A stretch of DNA of 13,043 nucleotides from Candidatus Hodarchaeota archaeon (GCA_016840035.1 JAEOTC010000259.1:1-13043), one strand, 5' to 3'; counted from the stretch's first letter, positions 1 to 8,576 are shown. Numbers and translations: made by a program. Notes: a model not told the origin generated them from the sequence alone.

Positions 1-347
1 AAACTCAGGATCGCTGTAATTCCCACCTTTTTAGGGTCTGTAAATTCGCTTGGTTCACCTTTGTGGAAGAGATAGCTTGCTAGTTTACCCAATCCAAAAT
101 TACAATATTTTCCGAAGTAGTAACAGTTGATGCAGCGAAATTTCATACTAACTACAAGTGAACTCCCAGCAAGAATTAAATAAAAAACACTTAGAAGAGG
201 ATGAAGAAAAAATACAACGATAGCTCCAGCTAAGTAACTTAAGATGGTCAAAGAAGCAGATATACAGACAATCTTGATAGGATAAGATTCTAATTTTGTA
301 AGAGCTTGGCCCAAAGAATCACCATTAGTATATGAATTATGATGCAA
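1..347 (-). CDS. Partial (runs off window) hypothetical membrane protein with CxxCYYxGxxC motif
   Basis: Not in ORF track. Manual translation from TTG at 347 (in-frame TAA directly upstream) is open to the window edge: MHHNSYTNGDSLGQALTKLESYPIKIVCISASLTILSYLAGAIVVFFLHPLLSVFYLILAGSSLVVSMKFRCINCYYFGKYCNFGLGKLASYLFHKGEPSEFTDPKKVGITAILS... Two hydrophobic segments are followed by a Cys cluster. Start codon uncertain. Confidence 0.8.
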   Translation of the reverse strand, partial: MHHNSYTNGDSLGQALTKLESYPIKIVCISASLTILSYLAGAIVVFFLHPLLSVFYLILAGSSLVVSMKFRCINCYYFGKYCNFGLGKLASYLFHKGEPSEFTDPKKVGITAILS

Positions 348-349
348 TT

Positions 350-384
350 ATTCGCTTTTATTGAATTTAAAAAAAATTCGCTTT
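350..384 (-). promoter_or_regulatory. Putative archaeal promoter (TATA-like TTTTAAA) flanked by direct repeats AAAGCGAAT
   Basis: Minus strand reads AAAGCGAAT-TTTTTTTAAATTCAATA-AAAGCGAAT-AA-TTG. The TATA-like element lies ~20-27 nt upstream of the TTG start, consistent with a leaderless transcript. Confidence 0.45.
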
Positions 385-399
385 GTAACTCAAGAGACA

Positions 400-632
400 C
401 ACCAACATCAAATACAATTGGATCTAGTATCGTTCTTCCGATTCAAAAGTTAACTCATCCTCACTACTATTTATCTGTTTGACCCTTTCCATTCAGTTAT
501 TCCATTATTAGTATTAAGTACATTCTTTGGTTTACTATAATCTATTACTACCCCAACAACAATTTCAGCTGTAGGATTATCCCCCAAAGATCAGCAAGTA
601 ATCTGAAGACTTCTATTCCAAAGCACTTTCAT
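400..632 (-). pseudogene. Possible decayed FG-GAP/VCBS-like beta-propeller gene fragment
   Basis: Minus-strand frames give KVLWN, LADL(frame change)GDNPTAEIVVG, VLNTNNGITEW and DPIVFDV. These resemble the ADLxGDxxxEIVVG repeat but are broken by stops and frame changes. Confidence 0.25.
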
Positions 633-743
633 TTTTTACTTGTATTTAAAGTCATTAGGGTTCTGATAATGGAATAAGACTGCCTCTAAGTTAGATCTTT
701 TATACCTATGATTTATTTATTCAAGATGTAAAACGAATCAATG

Positions 744-801
744 TATAAAAAATAATATAAGACTACTCGTGAATTGATTTCCTGTAAACAGGATTAGGGA
801 G
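744..801 (+). promoter_or_regulatory. Promoter region of ABC operon: TATA-like tract, palindrome TCCTGT-AA-ACAGGA (780-793), SD-like AGGGAG (796-801)
   Basis: TATAAAAAATAATATAA at 744-760; perfect 6+6 inverted repeat at 780-793; purine-rich SD-like site ~10 nt before TTG 812. Confidence 0.5.
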
Positions 802-811
802 AGTATAATCT

Positions 812-3800
812 TTGCTATATGTAATTAAACAATCACTGAAAGTTATTAGTCGTCGTAAACGTAATTTTGTCCTCACATCATTTGTGGTTGCCCTTGGAAT
901 TTCTCTGGTTGTTCAGACCCAGATTTTGGAAGGAACTATTGAGAGAAATTATAAAGATATCATGATTGAATCTTTTGGGAATACTGATCTTATTGTATAT
1001 TCTGTTAATCAAATTTATTTTCCTCAAAATGTTTCCACTACTCTTATTCAAGAGTATGCTATTGAATTTGAGGGAATATTCCCTCAGATCTCATATTCCA
1101 TCAATACATATTATCCTGAAAAAGGTCAGTTTGAGCAAAATGTAGCTCTTGAAACGATTGGTACTGACTTTAACACAACATTCTGGGGAGGAATCTATTC
1201 AAATTCAAGTAACCAAGAGATAGATATAAGTTTACTCGGAAATGAAGAGATAGTTATCTCTCCCGAATTAGCCAACTCCTTGAAAACGAATATTGGGTCT
1301 CAAATCACAATAAATTTACTTGATGAGTATGGAAATCCTTTCTACCATAATGTTACTATCAAGGAGATTTACGACTACATCGATTATGGAAGAACTGGTG
1401 ATCCAAATGATTTTAGGAGAGTTTTCATGAGTGAAAAAGCAGTTCAATCACTTATTCCCACAACTATAGATAATCCAATAACTAATATCGTAATAGGGAT
1501 TGAAGATCATGTGGATACCCCCTTTTTAGGACGAGAAAAAAGTGATGAAGCTAAAGAACTAGTTCAGAGTGTTCTTACCCAAGATTATCCTGATTATATG
1601 CTCGAAGTTTATAGCATTCGAGAAGACAGTAGAGAGAATCTAGAGGAGGGTGTTTCTGGTTTTACTAGCATATTTCAAATGTTTGGAATCGTTGTGGTCA
1701 TTGCAGGCTTATTGTTAATCACAAATATTCAGTTAATGAATATGGAGGAACGTGAACAACAAATTGGTATGCTTCGTGCTATTGGGGCTAAAAAACGTGA
1801 AATTTTCTTCTCATATGCAATAGAAACAATACTAATAGGAGTTTTAGGTGGAATTTTTGGTCTTCTACTTGGAATAGGAATTGGCGTCTGGTTAAATGGT
1901 ATAAGTAGAGACATGTTATCTGCCATGGGAAATCCAGAAATATCAAAATCCATCTTTGATATAGTTGTAGAACCTGATACATTAATTTTATCCATTATTG
2001 CTGCCGTTGTATTATCAGTAGTTACTGGTATGGTTCCTGCACTACGGGCTCGTGGAATTTCAATTATTGAAATTGTAAGAGGAACAAAGACAAAAACAAA
2101 GACTACAACATTAAATGGAAAAAGACCTTTATGGCCTTTTTTAATTGGTGGATTATTTATCTTTCTTGGGTTAACAACCTTAATTGATCTAATTCAAACA
2201 GGTCATCCTTTCTATTCGCCAGAAGGTTTTCGAAATATTGAAGAAGAAGCAGCACGAAACTTTGAAGCATTATTCTATATCGGTTTAGGAATCATTTTTC
2301 TAAGCTTCAGGTTCCAACGCTACCGAAGAGCAAGTCTGTCAATAGGGGGATTACTATTAATTTCCCTTACAATTTGGGGGTTTCAGATAGCTATCGATTG
2401 GGCAAATGAAGGTGGAAACGCGAATAATATTGCAATTACTGGATTACTAGCTGCAGTAATTGGTGCTACAACCATTGTGGGAACAAATCTGGAATCTCTT
2501 ACAGCACAACTTAGAAAAGGCTTTACTTTATCTAAGAGAACTAGAGCAACTGGATTAGTAGCTACACGGTATATAAATGCCCGGAAATCACGAGCTGTCT
2601 TAACCTTCGCTACTTTTGCCGTTATTCTTTCTCTTAATTTTTTCATTGGATCCTATGCCGAAACACAGATTACTGGTTCAAGTCATACTTGGGAGCAGTA
2701 CATGTCTGGTGTATCCCTCGTAGTAGAATCTCAAACACCTTTCAATCTCTCAAAGCTTGATTATCCAGAAACTCTTCAAAATGAATTTGATGAAATTAAG
2801 CAGATTTATCCCTTAGAAGTTGGAATGATATTACCTTTTGATGGTGCTATCTCTGAAATTTCCCCAGAGGAAGATATTTTCTATTCCAAACTTGTTGCAA
2901 TTAATTGTTCTACCTTTATTAATGAAGAGGAAGAAGTTCTATTCCCTTTTACCTTTGAAAACATGCTAGCTAATTATTCCACCCTTTCAATGATCAATCG
3001 TTTAAAATATCGAGAAGCAGCTGTTGAAGAATCAAAAAACTTCTGGCAGGTTTTCTTAAATGGAAAAAAAATCCATAGAGAAACTAAATTACCAGTTGAT
3101 TCGGATAATCCGAACGGATTACCAATATTTCTTGGTGAACGCCTCTATTTCTTGGAAATCGGTGACATCGTAAGTTTTCCAGCCTCTAATGGGAGTCTTA
3201 TCGAGATGATATATGGTGGTTCAATGAATTATTTTCCGTCTTTCGATATGAGAATCAACGAATTCACCATCGGAATTATAGTCAGTAGTGAAATTGCTTC
3301 CCAATTTTCGATTCAGGGATATGGTATCAAAGAATTTCTAATCGAAACAACAAATGGTTACGAATATGATAAAAACAAGGCACTTAGTGGGAAAATAGAA
3401 GAATTTTCTAACAGCCAATCTTCAGAATCTTTGTTAACAATTGGAGATGGTACTTTTTATGGGATTACTGCTCATCATTTGTGGGATGTCTTTTATCACT
3501 CTTACGCTACTAACGCAAATGCACTGAATTTCTTACAAACATTTATAGCAACAGGTCTCATTATCGGTGTAATTGGTCTTTTAGTTGTCTCCCATCGCTC
3601 AGTAAAGGAACGAAAAAGAGAAATCGGTATGTTACGATCAGTTGGTTTTTCTAAAAAAGCAGTATCTCTTGCAGTATTGCTGGAACTATTATTTTTAGGA
3701 ATTCTAGGGTTTTTGGTCGGTTTCCTAACAGGAAACTATCTTGCCTGGGTTTTTGCAGATCTAGTGAATTGGAATTTAGTGATTCCGTGGGTTCAAGTAA

Positions 3801-3907
3801 GTCTCTATGGAATTTTCATTATAGGATCTGTTGTTATTGCCGCTTTAATACCAGGCTGGTTAGCTGCACGAATTCCTCCAAGTGAGGCCTTAAGATATCA
3901 TGGATAG
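812..3907 (+). CDS. FtsX/MacB-like ABC transporter permease, internally duplicated (two extracellular domains, two FtsX TM modules)
   Basis: 1031-aa ORF. N-terminal RRKRNFVLT + TM; two FtsX signatures (EEREQQIGMLRAIGAKKREI and KERKREIGMLRSVGFSKKAV); second-half start KSRAVLTFATFAVIL; C-terminal PGWLAARIPPSEALRY; followed by LolD-type ATPases. Confidence 0.93.
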   Translation: MLYVIKQSLKVISRRKRNFVLTSFVVALGISLVVQTQILEGTIERNYKDIMIESFGNTDLIVYSVNQIYFPQNVSTTLIQEYAIEFEGIFPQISYSINTYYPEKGQFEQNVALETIGTDFNTTFWGGIYSNSSNQEIDISLLGNEEIVISPELANSLKTNIGSQITINLLDEYGNPFYHNVTIKEIYDYIDYGRTGDPNDFRRVFMSEKAVQSLIPTTIDNPITNIVIGIEDHVDTPFLGREKSDEAKELVQSVLTQDYPDYMLEVYSIREDSRENLEEGVSGFTSIFQMFGIVVVIAGLLLITNIQLMNMEEREQQIGMLRAIGAKKREIFFSYAIETILIGVLGGIFGLLLGIGIGVWLNGISRDMLSAMGNPEISKSIFDIVVEPDTLILSIIAAVVLSVVTGMVPALRARGISIIEIVRGTKTKTKTTTLNGKRPLWPFLIGGLFIFLGLTTLIDLIQTGHPFYSPEGFRNIEEEAARNFEALFYIGLGIIFLSFRFQRYRRASLSIGGLLLISLTIWGFQIAIDWANEGGNANNIAITGLLAAVIGATTIVGTNLESLTAQLRKGFTLSKRTRATGLVATRYINARKSRAVLTFATFAVILSLNFFIGSYAETQITGSSHTWEQYMSGVSLVVESQTPFNLSKLDYPETLQNEFDEIKQIYPLEVGMILPFDGAISEISPEEDIFYSKLVAINCSTFINEEEEVLFPFTFENMLANYSTLSMINRLKYREAAVEESKNFWQVFLNGKKIHRETKLPVDSDNPNGLPIFLGERLYFLEIGDIVSFPASNGSLIEMIYGGSMNYFPSFDMRINEFTIGIIVSSEIASQFSIQGYGIKEFLIETTNGYEYDKNKALSGKIEEFSNSQSSESLLTIGDGTFYGITAHHLWDVFYHSYATNANALNFLQTFIATGLIIGVIGLLVVSHRSVKERKREIGMLRSVGFSKKAVSLAVLLELLFLGILGFLVGFLTGNYLAWVFADLVNWNLVIPWVQVSLYGIFIIGSVVIAALIPGWLAARIPPSEALRYHG

Positions 3908-3919
3908 GTGTGTGAGAAG

Positions 3920-4603
3920 ATGACTGATGATATTCTAATTTTAGAAGATTTACACAAGATCTATGGGGAAGGAACCCCTAATTCCGTTCATGCTTTACGA
4001 GGGATTAATCTAAAGATCAAGCGTGGTGAAATGGTCGCAATTATGGGTCCTTCAGGTTGTGGTAAGACCACTATGCTCAATATATGTGGTGGTCTGGATA
4101 TTCCGACCTCGGGGTCAGTAAAAATTAATGGTGTTGATATTTCTACCTATAATGACACACAAATGACTAATTTTCGTCGTGATAACATTGGATATGTCTT
4201 TCAGCTGTTCAATTTATTCGATTATATGAATGCTCAAGAAAATGTTATGATTCCCTTGTTAGCACAGGGAATGAGTTATTCAGAGGCAACTCGTAGAGCA
4301 ACAATGATCTTACGTGAAGTTGGATTAGGAGACAGGCTTTATCAGGCACCAAGTGAGTTATCAGGCGGCCAACAGCAGAGAGTAGCGGTTTCACGAGCAT
4401 TAGTGACTCATCCAGTATTGATAATGGGTGATGAACCCACAGGAGATTTGGATTCAATAACTTCTGAAGATATTATGGATATGTTTCGACGGATAAATAC
4501 TGACAATAATCAGACTCTTATCCTTGTTACTCATTCAAAATGGATAGGAGATCAATGTGATCGGATTATATATCTCCGTGATGGTCGTGTTGTAGGAGAG
4601 TGA
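3920..4603 (+). CDS. ABC transporter ATP-binding protein, LolD/MacB/FtsE family
   Basis: Walker A GPSGCGKTT, Q-loop IGYVFQ, signature LSGGQQQR, Walker B/D-loop IMGDEPTGDLD, H-loop VTH. ATG 3920 is preferred over GTG 3908 because AGGTG (3906-3910) sits 9 nt upstream of it. Confidence 0.95.
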   Translation: MTDDILILEDLHKIYGEGTPNSVHALRGINLKIKRGEMVAIMGPSGCGKTTMLNICGGLDIPTSGSVKINGVDISTYNDTQMTNFRRDNIGYVFQLFNLFDYMNAQENVMIPLLAQGMSYSEATRRATMILREVGLGDRLYQAPSELSGGQQQRVAVSRALVTHPVLIMGDEPTGDLDSITSEDIMDMFRRINTDNNQTLILVTHSKWIGDQCDRIIYLRDGRVVGE

Positions 4604-6453
4604 TTAAGATACACAATAAAGATAATTTGAGTAATGAGCTACTTGTAGGTTTCCTTATAGATAAGTTCGATCAGCCTGGAAATAAAAAGCTTCAGAAAAA
4701 ATTACACAAATTATTAAAAAAAGGATTTAAGGATAAAAAAACTAAACCCAAAGTTTTAGAATTTAATACTTTCATGTTAGCGAATATAAGTGGCAGTAAT
4801 GGTCACTTTAATCAATCTGAAGCAAGAATATCTCTAGAAAAATCCCTGTATTCATTATACAAAGATTATGTGAAACGAACATCAAAACGTTTCCGTTCTC
4901 GAACTAAGCGTAACCGTTCTGAGCTTGAATCACATAAAATTCTAGCTAAATTTCTTTCCTCGATTCCAAATTCCCCAGATAATCCTGAAGAGATTATTAC
5001 CCGAGAAAATCGTAAAATGATCAATTTTCTTGAAAAGAATTTTCTTCATATAATAGAACGATCATGGATCATCTTTTGGGCGTTTAAACAGAAGGGGGAA
5101 GATCGCATCATTGTGGAGGATAAGGTATATCATCGTAATTACGATTTACAAACTTCATCCTCTGGATTACACGCTTTTGATGAATTATTAATACTAAACT
5201 TTGCCCATCCGTTTTTAAAATCCTTAAATCGTCTTCTTCAGGATACTATCAGTCGTGTAGATAATATAAGGGATGCATTTGACGGATCGGATACCTTAGA
5301 AATTATTAATCCTGATTTAACTTCAGAAGCACTTGGGATTCTTGGAGGAGACCTAGTTGGTGGAATAGATGCAGTCCGTACAATTGTGAGACAAATCAAT
5401 AGGATTGAAGAGATTCAAACGAGTTCTAAACAAGAAATCGAAATTCTTAATGGATTTGGAGACGAGATTAGAAAGACAGTAAATAATGGAAAGAACCTTG
5501 CTGACATAAGGTCTAGTTTTAAGAACATCATTGAAGTATTAATGGATCTGCAAATCCTAGTTCGTGACCTAAATAAACAAGCATTAGAAGGAAGAATTGA
5601 GGTTAATCTCGAAAAATTCCATTCAGCAATAATAGAATTACCAATTCAATTACGGGAGGTAAAAATTTGGGCGGATCGATTCATGGATATAGCTTTCTTG
5701 TCCCCAGAATCAGGAGAAGTTGCTCTAACTTCATCGAAGGATGAATTTCTGTCTGAATATCAAGATGACAAGGAAATTATCGTCGAAGCCAGGGGTCTTC
5801 ATAAAACATACAGACCATTTTCGAGTACAATATATGCTTTGAGAGGTTCAAATTTAACTGTAAAGAGAGGAGAATTCCTGTTAATATTGGGGCCTTCGGG
5901 ATCGGGGAAAACTACACTAATAAATATGATGGCTGGGATAGACATGCCAGATCGGGGAAAAGTTTACCTCGAAGGAAGATCTATCTCATCAATGAGTGAT
6001 AACGAGCTATCAGAATTTCGTAGAAATCATATCGGATTTGTTTTTCAGAACTATTTACTCGATCCTCGATTATCAGTGTATGAGAATGTAGCACTTCCAG
6101 CTATTATAGCTGGGAAGACAAACCAATTGCATACACGTGTCCATGAATTACTAGATAGCCTTGGATTAAAGAACTATGCAAATCAGGACCCCACAAAACT
6201 CTCAGGTGGACAGATGCAACGGACTATTATCGCCAGGTCAGTTATTAATAATCCTCTCGTTGTGTTCGCAGATGAACCAACTGGGGATTTAGACAGTGAA
6301 ACGGGAAAGCAGGTGCTAGCTAAGTTCCGAAAACTCTGTGATGACAAAAAAATTGCTTTCGTTGTAGTCACTCACGATCGTGAGGTGTCGTCTTTTGCAG
6401 ATCGAATAGTACACATGAAAGATGGGCAGATAATTGAAAAATCCTTCAGTTGA
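4600..6453 (+). CDS. ABC transporter ATP-binding protein (LolD family) with ~390-aa N-terminal extension of unknown function
   Basis: GTGA start/stop overlap with the previous gene. The C-terminal ~225 aa carry GPSGSGKTT, IGFVFQ, LSGGQMQR, VFADEPTGDLD and VTHD. The N-terminal 392 aa are soluble and helical-looking, and I do not recognise them. Confidence 0.9.
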   Translation: MIKIHNKDNLSNELLVGFLIDKFDQPGNKKLQKKLHKLLKKGFKDKKTKPKVLEFNTFMLANISGSNGHFNQSEARISLEKSLYSLYKDYVKRTSKRFRSRTKRNRSELESHKILAKFLSSIPNSPDNPEEIITRENRKMINFLEKNFLHIIERSWIIFWAFKQKGEDRIIVEDKVYHRNYDLQTSSSGLHAFDELLILNFAHPFLKSLNRLLQDTISRVDNIRDAFDGSDTLEIINPDLTSEALGILGGDLVGGIDAVRTIVRQINRIEEIQTSSKQEIEILNGFGDEIRKTVNNGKNLADIRSSFKNIIEVLMDLQILVRDLNKQALEGRIEVNLEKFHSAIIELPIQLREVKIWADRFMDIAFLSPESGEVALTSSKDEFLSEYQDDKEIIVEARGLHKTYRPFSSTIYALRGSNLTVKRGEFLLILGPSGSGKTTLINMMAGIDMPDRGKVYLEGRSISSMSDNELSEFRRNHIGFVFQNYLLDPRLSVYENVALPAIIAGKTNQLHTRVHELLDSLGLKNYANQDPTKLSGGQMQRTIIARSVINNPLVVFADEPTGDLDSETGKQVLAKFRKLCDDKKIAFVVVTHDREVSSFADRIVHMKDGQIIEKSFS

Positions 6454-6490
6454 GAGTTTTCATCCGATTGTTGTCTAATTACACCGTTAG

Positions 6491-8539
6491 CTACATCTTT
6501 TCTTTTTTTCGAGAAACTACCACGAGTGTACTAAATACAATGAGTACCAATAACACTCCCGGGGATGTACTTGCTGTTGGTTCGATGGTTGAGGTTTCAG
6601 AGGAGATAGAACTTGTTTCTTTTCCAGGATAATCAGTCGGGTCATTCGGATCGGTACCAGAATAAACTTCAATGCTATCTAAGAAGCCATCGTTGTCAGA
6701 GTCATCATCTAATGGGTCGGTACCAATTTTAATCTCAAACGCGTCATTCAAGTTATCAGAATCGGTGTCTTGCATGACTAGATTTGTACCATAAGTTAAT
6801 TCATCCAGATCTGAGAGACCATCATAATCAGTATCTCCGATGTTTATTCCCAACTGCTCAATAATAGCGATGAGCTCCGAAAATTGAGTAATACTACTAG
6901 CATTAAGTGTCTGTAAATATTGCTCATTACCTGTTGCAAGGGCGTAAACGGTGTTAATTAATGTGGCATTACCATCAGCCCAAGTAATAAGCTGGTTGAT
7001 TACAGTTATGTTCCCCTCTAAATATGTTAAAAGGGTATTATAGTCTTCTTGCCAAAGGAGTGGAAAATTATTTTTGTCTAATGGATCACTGCCATACGTA
7101 TGTTCGTAACCATCCAGAAAATTGTCACCATCCGTATCTACCAAAATAGGACTGGTTCCCATTACGATTTCCTGCGTATCAGTTAGACCATCATGATCAA
7201 TATCGTAATTTCCAATTGGATAGAAAAAATTCGTATATATTTCGTTATTGACTAAACTCCCAGTTATATCATTGTCTCCATTATCCCATATCCAATTACT
7301 ATGAATGCGATTACCAGTGGAAGACGATAAATAAAGACCATAATTAGTATTATTACTTAGAACATTAGTAGTAAGGGAGTTACCCGAAGCAATAGAAAGA
7401 AAGATCCCATACTCACTATTACTATCACAAATGTTTCTAGTAATAGTATTAGCTGATGAAACTTCCAAATGAATACCGTAATACTCGTTATTACTGCATA
7501 AATTGCTGGTTAAAGTATTAGAGCTAGATGATAAGTAGATACCACTTTCAGAATTATTATTACATTTATTGGATATAAGGACAGTATCCGATGAGCTAGA
7601 ACTTAAACTTATACCATTAAATCTATTATTTTGACAAGAATTATTGATCAAAGTAGTGGATGGGGAGTAATTAGATATCCCATTTTCATCATTATTATTA
7701 AAAACATTGTTCATAAGAGTAGTTGAAGGTGAAGATTGGTAGATACCACTATTATGATTTCCTTTGCATATATTATTGGAAAAAACGTTCAGAGGTGAAT
7801 CTAGATTCGCAATACCATATTGCCAATTATTCGAAAAATTATTACTTGTTATGGTGCTGGATGGACTGTCCATAAAGAAGAGCCCATGAGAATTATTAAT
7901 AGCTGTATTATTAAGAAGAATATTGGAGGAACTTGAACTAAGAGAGAAACCGATACTATTGTTGATAGCAGTGTTGTTGATAAATGTATTCGAATTACTA
8001 GAGATTATTTCAATACCATTTTGCATGTTGTCGTTACAGGCATTATTGATAGCAATAATAGAAGAACATAAATAAAGATAAATACCATGGTTATTGTTTA
8101 TACACATATTATTCCTTATTAGTCCGTTAGTTACATTAAACATTAAAATAGCTGTAGTAGCTAACGAACTTGAGTTAATAAGCGTACAGTTCACGATTCT
8201 AAAGTGTTTTGTAGTGCCCTGAATCGAAATACAGTCAGTTACTCTTTCTCCATCTATTAAAAAGTTAGCAATGATGTAAGGATGTTCTTCAGTTCCATCT
8301 CCATCACTAACTCCATTAGCAATTGTAAATCCCTCATCACCGATAATGGTTATCGGATCATGAGTAATTAAATTAGTTATCCCAACAATACGATTTGTAA
8401 GAAATAAATTGTTATCCCCTTCATCGCTATTTTCAATATTTGAACTAAATCCTTGAAGTGAACTACAATTTAGCAATAAAAATGTGATATAAAGAAAAAA
8501 AATAAAACCTTTCCAATCTTTACCATTATCCATTAACAT
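6491..8539 (-). CDS. Cell-surface glycoprotein: signal peptide, right-handed parallel beta-helix (NosD/CASH-type repeats), TSP3-like DxDxDGxxDxxE Ca-binding repeats, S/T linker, C-terminal TM + basic tail (PGF/Heimdall-CTERM-like)
   Basis: 682-aa ORF. Hydrophobic N-terminus; HDPITI.GD...GDGTEEHPYII cap; ~22-aa NxxxNNxxxGIxLxxSxxN repeats; DIDHDGLTD, DTDGDNFLD, DTDYDGLSD, DTDSDNLND, DSDNDGFLD with GTxP spacers; tail TSPGVLLVLIVFSTLVVVSRKKEKM; many NxS/T sequons. Confidence 0.88.
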   Translation of the reverse strand: MLMDNGKDWKGFIFFLYITFLLLNCSSLQGFSSNIENSDEGDNNLFLTNRIVGITNLITHDPITIIGDEGFTIANGVSDGDGTEEHPYIIANFLIDGERVTDCISIQGTTKHFRIVNCTLINSSSLATTAILMFNVTNGLIRNNMCINNNHGIYLYLCSSIIAINNACNDNMQNGIEIISSNSNTFINNTAINNSIGFSLSSSSSNILLNNTAINNSHGLFFMDSPSSTITSNNFSNNWQYGIANLDSPLNVFSNNICKGNHNSGIYQSSPSTTLMNNVFNNNDENGISNYSPSTTLINNSCQNNRFNGISLSSSSSDTVLISNKCNNNSESGIYLSSSSNTLTSNLCSNNEYYGIHLEVSSANTITRNICDSNSEYGIFLSIASGNSLTTNVLSNNTNYGLYLSSSTGNRIHSNWIWDNGDNDITGSLVNNEIYTNFFYPIGNYDIDHDGLTDTQEIVMGTSPILVDTDGDNFLDGYEHTYGSDPLDKNNFPLLWQEDYNTLLTYLEGNITVINQLITWADGNATLINTVYALATGNEQYLQTLNASSITQFSELIAIIEQLGINIGDTDYDGLSDLDELTYGTNLVMQDTDSDNLNDAFEIKIGTDPLDDDSDNDGFLDSIEVYSGTDPNDPTDYPGKETSSISSETSTIEPTASTSPGVLLVLIVFSTLVVVSRKKEKM
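6498..6509 (+). terminator. Candidate oligo(T) terminator for the ABC operon
   Basis: TTTTCTTTTTTT ~45 nt after the TGA at 6453. It lies inside the 3' end of the convergent gene. Confidence 0.35.
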
Positions 8540-8576
8540 TCATTCCTGTGTCTTTCTATAGGTATCAATCCTCCAG

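Noticed and set aside
1729-2646. Short minus-strand ORFs 1729-1995, 1788-1982 and 2383-2646
   Set aside because: Antisense shadows within the well-supported permease; no motifs.
3905-3922. Permease TAG is directly followed in frame by the ATPase frame (possible amber/pyrrolysine readthrough fusion)
   Set aside because: The permease ends at the normal family C-terminus (EALRYHG), the ATPase has its own SD-like AGGTG and ATG 3920, and an in-frame arrangement has a 1-in-3 chance.
4245-6632. ORFs 4245-4457(-), 6183-6371(-) and 6450-6632(+)
   Set aside because: Antisense to conserved ATPase or surface-protein coding sequence. The TTGA overlap at 6450 is not enough to support a gene.
6491-8539. 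Calling this gene nosD
   Set aside because: It shares only the beta-helix repeat type. There is no nosZ/nosF/nosY context and the domain architecture differs.
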